A program made the position numbers and the translations under genes. Source: a virus. Taken from it: a DNA stretch of 64,000 bases. Where the stretch lies: positions 49,003 through 113,002 of the IMG/VR virus record IMGVR_UViG_3300042542_005394, one strand, 5' to 3'. A model generated the notes under the pieces. The model was not told the origin of the DNA. It did no database searches and saw only the letters and a program-made list of their open reading frames with translations. Below, one piece after another: positions 20,623 through 29,593 of this stretch; the stretch's first letter is position 1; the number at the start of each line of letters is the position of its first letter.

Positions 20623-21475
20623 GAGTGTAAAATTTATATAAGTTTAGAATATTTTTAGCAATTTGAAACTTAGAAAACCTGTGCTGGATTTGATTACTGC
20701 AATAGAGCATTATATGCTTGTTATATTCTTCAAAATTATTCAATATTTCTTGGTATTTATTTGATATTGATTCTTTGGTAGGATCACAAATGCAAAACTC
20801 TGGACATAATTCGGAATTGGGATTGTCTGAACAAACAATAGGCACCGCTCCGCAAACCATTGCTTCTAAAGCTGTTAATCCTAATCCTTCAAAACTAGAA
20901 GGTAATGGTACAATTTTGGCTCTATTATAGAGTTGATTTAAATTAATATCATTTACCATTCCAAGATTATGGCCAATGCCACCAAATGGGCCGACAGAAA
21001 TAATTTCTTCGAATAATGGCTCAAGCAAGTGTGTTCTTTTAACTGGGTCTGTGGCTCTTCCAACATACAAACAATTTATATCTTTGGTTATAGAAGAGTC
21101 ATAAAAAATATCTTTAATTGGATTATCAATAACATAAGCATCAATACCTATAATTTCATGTAGTTGTTTTTTGACTGGCTCACTAATGCAGGTGACTACC
21201 GACGCATGGGATAATTCATCCTTGAGCTGATCTATTGGGAAACTACTAATGTGCGTAGGAATATCTAACACATTAAATATTTTGAATACGTCATTATCTA
21301 ATGCGCAGTCTTGATAGTCTGGATCTCTCGATGAATAAGGAAAGTTATTGGCATATACAAAATCATACTTATCGGAGGGGCCGACATTGTGACCTAAGCC
21401 AGCAAACCCCTGCATTATACGAGGGACTTGACACCAATATTGTTTAGCTCCGTAAACCTTAATATTCATGAACAT
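20615..21475 (-). CDS. Glycosyltransferase family 4 (GT-B)
   Basis: YVGR..KR, PSSFEGLGLTALEAMVCG. Confidence 0.88.
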   Translation of the reverse strand: MFMNIKVYGAKQYWCQVPRIMQGFAGLGHNVGPSDKYDFVYANNFPYSSRDPDYQDCALDNDVFKIFNVLDIPTHISSFPIDQLKDELSHASVVTCISEPVKKQLHEIIGIDAYVIDNPIKDIFYDSSITKDINCLYVGRATDPVKRTHLLEPLFEEIISVGPFGGIGHNLGMVNDINLNQLYNRAKIVPLPSSFEGLGLTALEAMVCGAVPIVCSDNPNSELCPEFCICDPTKESISNKYQEILNNFEEYNKHIMLYCSNQIQHRFSKFQIAKNILNLYKFYTHE

Positions 21476-22109
21476 TATTTTTTGCCATATTTTTATAGAA
21501 TGAATTTTGACTTCTTTGTTTATTTATGTGTTTTCTATGCAAAATAGCTACTCTACCATCGTCTGAAATAGCGGCACTAGATTTAAATCCTTCTAGGTGC
21601 TCATGTACAAATCCACTCCAGTGTATTAAGTTATTATTTTTGTAAATCCTTGGCTGGTAGTCTGGCCAATTTATCCATCCTTTTTCATTTATTTTCCATG
21701 ACCATTTTTTAATATCCTCTTCAGTTAATCCATCAACAATATTAATACGTGGAAGATAATATAAATCTATATCATTGGAAGCTATCTCTTTTCTTAATGC
21801 TTGAATAGCATCAAAACGCATTTCCTCATCAGCATCAAAATTAAAAATATATGGCTGAGATGCTTGGCTAGTCATATAGTTTTTAAGTTCAGCAAAATTA
21901 TTTTTAAAATGGAAAGTGCTATATTTATTAGAGTATCTCTGGCAAATTTCTTCTATAAGCTTATAATTGTCTGTTTCTTTTTCGGATTCGTCTCTGTATG
22001 TTTGAATAATGACTAGTTCATCATTATCTTTTTTAGCACCATTAAGTAGCGTTATTAGCTTGATAATCTCTTTGGTTTCATTATATACTGTAACACAATA
22101 TGAGATCAT
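21459..22109 (-). CDS. Glycosyltransferase family 2
   Basis: VTVYNE, FDADE, WPDYQPRIY, VHE. Confidence 0.88.
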   Translation of the reverse strand: MISYCVTVYNETKEIIKLITLLNGAKKDNDELVIIQTYRDESEKETDNYKLIEEICQRYSNKYSTFHFKNNFAELKNYMTSQASQPYIFNFDADEEMRFDAIQALRKEIASNDIDLYYLPRINIVDGLTEEDIKKWSWKINEKGWINWPDYQPRIYKNNNLIHWSGFVHEHLEGFKSSAAISDDGRVAILHRKHINKQRSQNSFYKNMAKNNVHEY

Positions 22110-22597
22110 ATTTTAATATTCCTAATCCAGGATAGGTCGGGATCGATATACTCTATATTAATACCGCTCATTTGTATAAACAAGTTGAATCTTTTTTGGT
22201 GTTCATCATCAAACAGATGAGTTCCGTGGTTTTTCCTCATAAATACTTTGGTAATACCTTCTTGCCATAGGGCCATGATACAATCATTGCAGCATTGACC
22301 AGTAACATATGCTATTCCATTTTCTGGTCTTATGGTGCAGTTTGAGAGGGCGTTCCTTTCCGCATGAATCATCCAAGGATATTTATCTGGCCTAGTATTA
22401 GGCAGTTTGCTATCGTCTAATCCTTTTGGAAATCCATTATATCCAACTCCCAAAATTCTATTGTCCTTATCTGTGATGACACAACCGTGTTTGGTTTGAA
22501 TGTCATGACTGCGCATTGCTACTGCGTGAGCTAGTCCTATAAAATATTCGTTCCACGATGGGCGATTAGTGGCTTTTGATTGATCTGTCATGATCAA
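22106..22597 (-). CDS. dCMP deaminase
   Basis: RPSWNEYF, GYNGFP, HAERNA, CCNDC. Confidence 0.92.
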   Translation of the reverse strand: MIMTDQSKATNRPSWNEYFIGLAHAVAMRSHDIQTKHGCVITDKDNRILGVGYNGFPKGLDDSKLPNTRPDKYPWMIHAERNALSNCTIRPENGIAYVTGQCCNDCIMALWQEGITKVFMRKNHGTHLFDDEHQKRFNLFIQMSGINIEYIDPDLSWIRNIKI

Positions 22598-22643
22598 TTA
22601 TCATAGTTCTAGTGTTTGGGAAGTCAAGTTTTATTCTATTTGA

Positions 22644-25600
22644 CTATATTCTTCCTGAACAGGTGGTGAATCTAGGGACTTGGTTTGCGATACCTCCAAC
22701 ATCGCTCCAATTAAATATGCCATACGCATTGTATAATGGATATGGATATTCATTCCATTTATCAAGATCTATTTTACCCCAACGAGTATATAGAACTATA
22801 CCCGATGCTACGGGAGAGTCATTAAAATCAGGCCACTCTACTGTATAAGTACCACCACATCCGGTACTATTATTCATAGTCATAAAAGTACTTTGTATAT
22901 TTCCTCTATGTAAAGAATTAGTGAAGTCCACACTATAACTAACTCCTATATCTGCATCGTTTAAAGAATTATTTATTATAATATATCGATTACCAGTATT
23001 AGTAGATATATTGCCATAGTTAACAGAGCTATAAAACCAAGCGTCATTATTAATTCTATATATGGCTCTAAATCCAGTGCTGCTGGTCATCGTCATATCG
23101 TAAGCTTGAATATTACTATAATTTGTAGAAAGAGTAAAGTTAATAGTACGAGCACTTAAAAATCCTCTGTTTTCCGATTGATTAAAAATAATAGAACCAA
23201 CGCCGTTAGGATCATTTCCTGTATTAACAGATATGTTACCATAATTGATGGAGTTTGAAAATAAACAACTTAAATTACACAATCCAGAGTTAACAGAATT
23301 AGTAAAATATACTGATTCGAAAATATTATCTCCCGATGAAGCTGGTCCTTGTATTTTGCCATAGTTTATTGAGTTATAAAAATAAGGATATATAACATTT
23401 CCATAATTAATAGTATTGCTAAATGAGGATTTTCCTGCAATACTACCGCTGTTGATACATGACTGCGGTGAGGAACCACTGAAGATTGCTGTGGTATGTT
23501 CATTTGCTACCACTGGATAATTTGTAATATTTCCTTTGTTTGTGGAGTTATGCAAAAAATTATATTGATTGTAGCCATATAAATTTGCTAAATTTTGTGA
23601 ATAATCTAGAAAGCTTAATTTATTATTTAAAAATCCGGTATAGAAATCAGATAAAAACTGTAATTTATCACTATCTAAATCTCCGTTTGGTCCAGAGTAA
23701 TGGGTCAGGTCGTCATTGATTTTTAAAAAAATACCATCTGAATTAAAAATAAAATTATTACCAAAAATAAGATTACCAGAATTAACACTATTTTGACCAA
23801 AACTTACAATGCTATTATATATAGTAGATAGGTTTACTGAATATCCGCTAAAAATGATATTTGCTCTATTAATTCTATCAAATGATCCTGCATTTTTAGA
23901 GAAATTTAAAAATAATGCATTGGTTGCTGCTCCTGTTTTTCTGTTAGAGCTATTATCTTGAAATATTCCACTATTGACTAAGCCTTCATTATATGACTGA
24001 TTATAAAAAAACCAAATTAATCCCGAGCTGTTTTTAGAAGCAGATGATGAGTCGATATACGATCCGCTCCCCACAAATTTTTTATTTATCGCACTATTCT
24101 CAAAGTTGGCTTTTAAACAAAATCCTTCGTTCGAAGATTTATCATAAAAATCAAAACTGAAGTTTTCATTGCCACCAGAGCCATAATTAATACTATTGTC
24201 ATGGAATTGTGCTACTATTACATTTGGATTATATACTACATCCCCCATTTGATTCACATAATAATGACAATTTATAGATGAATCATTAAAAGTAGCACCA
24301 ACCAGAATAGGATTATCATTACCATATCCGCCAATTAATTGATTATTATTAAAGCTTAAATATATTCCATTTCTAGATTTATCATAAAAAGATGCATATT
24401 CTCCACGACCATAGTTTTGACTATTGTCATAGTAACTAGCATTTTCTGACCAACCATGATTATAGCTTTTATCGTTAAATCTACCATAAATCAAACCAGT
24501 AAGTCCAGAATTAGCAGAAGTATCGAAAAAAGAAGCCTGGTTAATTACTGCTTGAGCATAACTTAAGTTATAGCTTTGTTTATAAAAAGCTCCTGAATAT
24601 ACAGAACCTGCATTTATTGATGAATAAAAAAAAGCTTGACCAACTATTCTTCCTTCATTTGCGTTAACAGCATTGTTGAACGAAGCTTTGACAACCTGAT
24701 CACCAAAATTAGTTGAGTTAGTAAATTGACAATTAAAACTATCTAAATTTTCTCTTAACCATTTGTACCAATGAATATTTGGGATTGTTTCCTGGTCAAA
24801 AAAATTAGAAACATAATTCCCACTAGTATAGTCTTGCATAAATAAATGAGGAACATCATATTCTATTGCTTCTAGTAAGAAAGGCTGTTTTCTCGATGGA
24901 ACACCCTCAATATTATCTTTTTTTCTCCCTATCAAAAAGAAATCTTTGGATATCAATGCTCTTATCTTGCCATAATTCTTACTATCTTGTGTAAACGAGA
25001 CATTTTGAGAAGTTAAAGAACTGTTGTTGATACTTATTTGATTAAATGTTATATTTGGTGATTTTATCGGAAAGTAATTGTTAGAATTTTTGAATATTAT
25101 CTCTCCCTCGGTTCTGATAGTTCCATAGTTGCGCGAACCTATATACAATTGATCATCTGAATTAATTGGATTTACAGCAGACAAGAAAGAAACACTGCAT
25201 CCTTTTCCAACATACGGTCCATATTTTTGTTCTATATCTACAATAACAAAAGGATTACCTTCTTCTATTAGTTGTTGTGCTAGGCTCTGAGCACCTTCAA
25301 GGTTTGTGTGCTCGCGAAAAAAATCACCAGAACTTATAATCAATCCGGAATTAATTGAATTAATAAAAGTAATACTATTGTCACCAGAAATAGAACCATA
25401 ATTGATTGATTGACTATCATAAGAATTATATGGAGATGTAAATGTAGCATCAGATAATAATATGCCTCTATTAGTGGCATTTTTAAAAGTAGTTATACCA
25501 GATATACTACCGTAGTTTGTAGCTATAATACTTTGATTAGTGCTAAAATCATAACCTCCTCGCTGCCACGGTTGTCCTGTGGTTTCAAAAATTACATCAC

Positions 25601-26498
25601 CAATTATAGTTCCTCTATTAATAGAGTTTATGAAGTGTGCATTTCCTATTATGTTTCCCCAGTTTTCTGCTTGATCATAAAAAATACAATTACCAGTTAC
25701 TGTTCCGAAATTATAGGACTTACTGAAAGAGCTTCCTGTTGAAAAAATAGCACTGCCTACAACCGTTCCACGATTACTTGAGCCACGATCAAACAAAACA
25801 TTTCCATAAATAGTTCCATCAAAATAAGACCCATTATAAAAAGAAAAATCACCAACACCAGTAACTTTCTCACGAAAATTACCCAAAATAACATCACATT
25901 TATTTACTGTAAGGTTTGTGTTAGCTATCCAACTATTACAATTTATAGTTCCGGACAAAGCCGTTATATCACACCCAATAACTGCTGGTTGATCAAAAGC
26001 AAAACCACCACATATACAGAAGCTATTAGTATTTATTTTACAATTAATTATTGAGCCCTTGCCCCCGAAAGTCATTTCTGTGGGACTGCCACTACAATTA
26101 AAATTAAATTGATCAGTATCTATAACCAATGAAGCCATAAATACATTTCCGGTTGATAATATGGTTTCAGCTTCGTAATAGCAAAATTCTCCAGGCTCCC
26201 AGTGAGTAAGAGTAACCCCCGGACCAACCGTAAGTGTCGAAGTTTTTAAGTTTTCGCAAGTAAATTTTTTTTGCCCGAATGTATATGAATAATTATCATT
26301 TGTAGTAGAATCAATTTCTACATTAATATTAATGCTTTCTATAGATGGAATTTTTGTAAAACATGTAATATCGTCGATTTTTAAATTTATACTTTCTACT
26401 ACAATGTCATTAACTTCATTTATTGGTATAGTTTTATGTGGTTTGCTAAATTCAGCATTTTTGTACCACTTACTAGAATCACACCAGTTATTAGACAT
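22644..26498 (-). CDS. Large Asn/Gly/Ser/Phe-rich repeat protein (predicted beta-solenoid, probably virion/surface)
   Basis: Many F-x(2-3)-S-x-N-x-G repeats over 1284 aa. Confidence 0.7.
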   Translation of the reverse strand: MSNNWCDSSKWYKNAEFSKPHKTIPINEVNDIVVESINLKIDDITCFTKIPSIESININVEIDSTTNDNYSYTFGQKKFTCENLKTSTLTVGPGVTLTHWEPGEFCYYEAETILSTGNVFMASLVIDTDQFNFNCSGSPTEMTFGGKGSIINCKINTNSFCICGGFAFDQPAVIGCDITALSGTINCNSWIANTNLTVNKCDVILGNFREKVTGVGDFSFYNGSYFDGTIYGNVLFDRGSSNRGTVVGSAIFSTGSSFSKSYNFGTVTGNCIFYDQAENWGNIIGNAHFINSINRGTIIGDVIFETTGQPWQRGGYDFSTNQSIIATNYGSISGITTFKNATNRGILLSDATFTSPYNSYDSQSINYGSISGDNSITFINSINSGLIISSGDFFREHTNLEGAQSLAQQLIEEGNPFVIVDIEQKYGPYVGKGCSVSFLSAVNPINSDDQLYIGSRNYGTIRTEGEIIFKNSNNYFPIKSPNITFNQISINNSSLTSQNVSFTQDSKNYGKIRALISKDFFLIGRKKDNIEGVPSRKQPFLLEAIEYDVPHLFMQDYTSGNYVSNFFDQETIPNIHWYKWLRENLDSFNCQFTNSTNFGDQVVKASFNNAVNANEGRIVGQAFFYSSINAGSVYSGAFYKQSYNLSYAQAVINQASFFDTSANSGLTGLIYGRFNDKSYNHGWSENASYYDNSQNYGRGEYASFYDKSRNGIYLSFNNNQLIGGYGNDNPILVGATFNDSSINCHYYVNQMGDVVYNPNVIVAQFHDNSINYGSGGNENFSFDFYDKSSNEGFCLKANFENSAINKKFVGSGSYIDSSSASKNSSGLIWFFYNQSYNEGLVNSGIFQDNSSNRKTGAATNALFLNFSKNAGSFDRINRANIIFSGYSVNLSTIYNSIVSFGQNSVNSGNLIFGNNFIFNSDGIFLKINDDLTHYSGPNGDLDSDKLQFLSDFYTGFLNNKLSFLDYSQNLANLYGYNQYNFLHNSTNKGNITNYPVVANEHTTAIFSGSSPQSCINSGSIAGKSSFSNTINYGNVIYPYFYNSINYGKIQGPASSGDNIFESVYFTNSVNSGLCNLSCLFSNSINYGNISVNTGNDPNGVGSIIFNQSENRGFLSARTINFTLSTNYSNIQAYDMTMTSSTGFRAIYRINNDAWFYSSVNYGNISTNTGNRYIIINNSLNDADIGVSYSVDFTNSLHRGNIQSTFMTMNNSTGCGGTYTVEWPDFNDSPVASGIVLYTRWGKIDLDKWNEYPYPLYNAYGIFNWSDVGGIANQVPRFTTCSGRI

Positions 26499-26503
26499 TG
26501 TTT

Positions 26504-28324
26504 TTACTCATCTAAATATAAAGTTGCACTATCCAATAATTTACGATTGTTGATTGGATAAAATTGTTTATAACTTAGATTTCTTTTAGGAAAACCTTTA
26601 GTTGTAGATAACGCAAATAATAAACCAAATGCAGACTGATTTTTCCCGCAATAATAGGGAATACAATTACTACTACCAGAGCAACATTCTCCTGTTGGAG
26701 GATTAGCATTACAGCCCTCATATTGTTTTCTAATAAATTCATCTACACAAGGGCCAGTATTTGGTCCATTATTTAGAGCATTAATAAGTCTATACAACAG
26801 AGCATCAGAATTAGAAAGAAATCCACTAACAGCTAATAAAGAAGGTAAGTCAGGCGAAAGAATGATATTGTTCTCTTGCAAATCTAGTCCTATCCTAGCT
26901 CCAGCAGAAGCAACATTAGATGGACAAAATTTACTTCTACAACCCTTAAAGCTTGGACTGTGATTAAATTTAGTCATTCCTTTAAGATGACTTTCTGTAA
27001 CCAAAAAAGATCCTGGAGGAATAGGTCCCCAGCTAGGCTCTCCTCCACTATTCCAGTCCCCCCAACTATTTGCAATCAAATACACACACTCAGGATACTC
27101 TATTTTTGTATCATCATAGCCTATAATAGAAAAAGTATGATACCAAATTCTATCTGGATAAGCTACGCCGCTAGAATCTCGTGAATTAGGAAATCCTACA
27201 TTAGTCATCCAGACAACACCATATCCATTAAATAGTAAGTCTTTTATTCTATTCATTCTAGTATTATCGTCTCCGCCAATAAAAGATATTGTTTTAAATC
27301 TTTCTATGGCTGTATGATCGTTAACATAATCCGTGGTACCGGGCATTATTTCTGCAGCATTTTTATAGTTATAGTTATTTTTACTTTGAAAATATTTTAA
27401 AAATATATCATCAGTACACGCATAAAAATTAGGACCACTATTATTAATAAAATTACCATATCCTCCATAACTTTTCCTTTTTAGGATTCCAATATGTTTT
27501 AGAGTGGAAAAGTCTATATCCATCATCATTCGTAGTTCGATAATAGTATCTAGGTTAAGTTTGCTATTAGAATTTTTTTGTATGTATGAAAAATATAATC
27601 TATTAGTTTCTGGCGCCCCGCAGCACATTTCTTTATTTTCAACACAGGTTTTAGCCTGACAACATAAACTACCCGGCTCTTCTGGATTACAAGTTTCACA
27701 ACTTACACATTTAGGAGTAGTTTCAGGAGGAAAAACTTTGCAATAAAAGTCGGCTCCTGCCGCTCCTTTCTCTGGATTCTTTATACAGTTAAAGAAGTAC
27801 TCTGTGTCTCCTTCTCTATAAGAGCATCCTGGTGCCTGCTGATTTTGAGCTATTTCCTCCGTTACAATATCTGGTCCTAACATCATTAAACAGTCCGGTA
27901 ATGAGTTGTTACCAAAATGCTCAAGATACTCAGCAGACATGCGACTTTCCCATTTATGATATTCTCTAGTATTCTCAATATCGCATGCTCTGGTAATGTC
28001 GCAAGCATTTCTTACAGCATGAGATGTGCCGCTTCTTGTTGTTGGTTGAATTTCTGTAAAAGCTTCTGCATCTATACGGCTTAAAAATTTATATGGTATT
28101 CCTAACTTTCCTGCTCCCGTATCTTTTATCCCTAAAGGATTTTGCTCAGAAGGTACTATATCAACATAAGGAGCGCCTTCTATACATGGATACTTTAGAT
28201 GTCTCAGAAATCGTATTAAACGAGGTAAATCATACGGAGTACCATTAGCTTCATACATGATTATGGAGTCATAATAACACGGCTCCAGAGTGTACTGCAA
28301 ATATAATTCCTGGGGAGATAGCAT
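26504..28324 (-). CDS. Papain-family (C1) protease homologue lacking the catalytic Cys, with Cys-rich insertions
   Basis: Aligns to the 29594-31612 paralogue (SHAVRNACDITRA vs SHGTRNACDVTRA); WYHTFSIIGYD and ANSWG retained. Confidence 0.8.
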   Translation of the reverse strand: MLSPQELYLQYTLEPCYYDSIIMYEANGTPYDLPRLIRFLRHLKYPCIEGAPYVDIVPSEQNPLGIKDTGAGKLGIPYKFLSRIDAEAFTEIQPTTRSGTSHAVRNACDITRACDIENTREYHKWESRMSAEYLEHFGNNSLPDCLMMLGPDIVTEEIAQNQQAPGCSYREGDTEYFFNCIKNPEKGAAGADFYCKVFPPETTPKCVSCETCNPEEPGSLCCQAKTCVENKEMCCGAPETNRLYFSYIQKNSNSKLNLDTIIELRMMMDIDFSTLKHIGILKRKSYGGYGNFINNSGPNFYACTDDIFLKYFQSKNNYNYKNAAEIMPGTTDYVNDHTAIERFKTISFIGGDDNTRMNRIKDLLFNGYGVVWMTNVGFPNSRDSSGVAYPDRIWYHTFSIIGYDDTKIEYPECVYLIANSWGDWNSGGEPSWGPIPPGSFLVTESHLKGMTKFNHSPSFKGCRSKFCPSNVASAGARIGLDLQENNIILSPDLPSLLAVSGFLSNSDALLYRLINALNNGPNTGPCVDEFIRKQYEGCNANPPTGECCSGSSNCIPYYCGKNQSAFGLLFALSTTKGFPKRNLSYKQFYPINNRKLLDSATLYLDE

Positions 28325-28327
28325 AAT

Positions 28328-28576
28328 TTATTTGCTGGTTAATTTATTATATAAAACAAGAGTTAGCACACCACCAACTGTACCAGCAAATAGTCCAGCA
28401 GGAGATAGAGTTTCATATTTACCAATCATATATAAAATAGCCCCACCCATGTATGATCCTGCTACTCCAAGAGCGACCGTTTTAACAAAACCAAAATTTT
28501 CTTCGCCAGGAACTAAACTTTTAGCAATTGATCCCACGAATAAGCCATAAACACACCATACTAATAGACTAAACAT
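28328..28576 (-). CDS. GlsB/YeaQ/YmgE (transglycosylase-associated) membrane protein
   Basis: GLFVGSIAKSLVPG..LGVAGSYMGG; three hydrophobic segments. Confidence 0.85.
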   Translation of the reverse strand: MFSLLVWCVYGLFVGSIAKSLVPGEENFGFVKTVALGVAGSYMGGAILYMIGKYETLSPAGLFAGTVGGVLTLVLYNKLTSK

Positions 28577-28967
28577 TGGCAGCCTCCACTAAGGTTTGAA
28601 TATCATCATCCGTGAGAGTTTCTCCTGTATTCAGCAGGGCCGATAGTATGCTTAGCCCATATTTTTCATAATCTTCTCTGTTCATTTCTTTGCGTAAAAC
28701 TTTTTTGATTCTCATTTTGGTAAACCAACCACGATTTCTAGAAAATGTTTTTATTTGTTCTCCATATAATATATATTTATCTTCCGGAGAGCAACTAGAT
28801 GATAACTTATTTTTATTACATTCTTGTAGTATTCTGACGCAAGTGAGTATAATGCTAATTATCATCAAAATAGTAACAATAGCAAAGCCATATTCATCAT
28901 TTCTTTGCACTTGAGATTTTTCAAGAATTTTAATTGCTATATTTTTAAGTTTTTCATTACTATCCAT
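28569..28967 (-). CDS. Hypothetical membrane protein
   Basis: Hydrophobic segment FAIVTILMIISIIL; start refined to MDSNEK. Confidence 0.7.
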   Translation of the reverse strand: MDSNEKLKNIAIKILEKSQVQRNDEYGFAIVTILMIISIILTCVRILQECNKNKLSSSCSPEDKYILYGEQIKTFSRNRGWFTKMRIKKVLRKEMNREDYEKYGLSILSALLNTGETLTDDDIQTLVEAANV

Positions 28968-28971
28968 TAGT

Positions 28972-29322
28972 TTACCTTTTGTTGTTTTTAGGTAAGGGAC
29001 AAACACCATTTGGACAATCTTTACGAGGAGGAGTTGGCGCTGGTGTGACGGACTTAATTGGACCAATAGAAATAGTTCCTGAACCTTCATCCGGTTCGCA
29101 ATAATTACAATCTATTTTTTTAATACCATCACCACTCATATACCAACCCTTACCCTTGCATACAGGACAGTCTTTGCGCTTGTGTTTAATTGTGATCTCG
29201 TCTGAGTGCTTAGCTTTTATAATACCTCCAGCTATGACCACTGGGGCGGTTGTAGAGCCATAGTATGAGTCTTGAAATGAGAGAAAGCCTATAGCTAATA
29301 TTCCACACATTATTTTATTCAT
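28972..29322 (-). CDS. Secreted Cys-rich protein with DnaJ-like CxxCxGxG motif
   Basis: Signal-like N-terminus, CPVCKGKG..CNYC, Pro-rich linker, CPNGVCP. Confidence 0.7.
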   Translation of the reverse strand: MNKIMCGILAIGFLSFQDSYYGSTTAPVVIAGGIIKAKHSDEITIKHKRKDCPVCKGKGWYMSGDGIKKIDCNYCEPDEGSGTISIGPIKSVTPAPTPPRKDCPNGVCPLPKNNKR

Positions 29323-29323
29323 A

Positions 29324-29533
29324 TTACTTCCTCCATGGAAGAGGGATAACTTTATCTATACTATCTATTACTTTCTTAAGTGGTCTTGGTCTGTTAGGTT
29401 TGCTTGGAGAAGGAGTAACTTCTGGCTTTGGTTTGGACGGACCATATTTGTCAAAAAGAGCAGCTAATCTTTCGATTACGCTAATAATGAGATTGATTAA
29501 TGCTCTGATTTGCAATCTTTCTCTTAAATTCAT
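29324..29533 (-). CDS. Small Pro-rich hypothetical protein
   Basis: GAGGTGG RBS before MNLRER; GGTGTAT motif upstream. Confidence 0.7.
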   Translation of the reverse strand: MNLRERLQIRALINLIISVIERLAALFDKYGPSKPKPEVTPSPSKPNRPRPLKKVIDSIDKVIPLPWRK

Positions 29534-29569
29534 AAACCACCTCATAGAGTATTAATGCTACATATATTA

Positions 29570-29576
29570 ATACACC
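29570..29576 (-). promoter_or_regulatory. GGTGTAT motif
   Basis: Recurrent intergenic motif. Confidence 0.55.
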
Positions 29577-29593
29577 ACAAAATAGCCTATATT

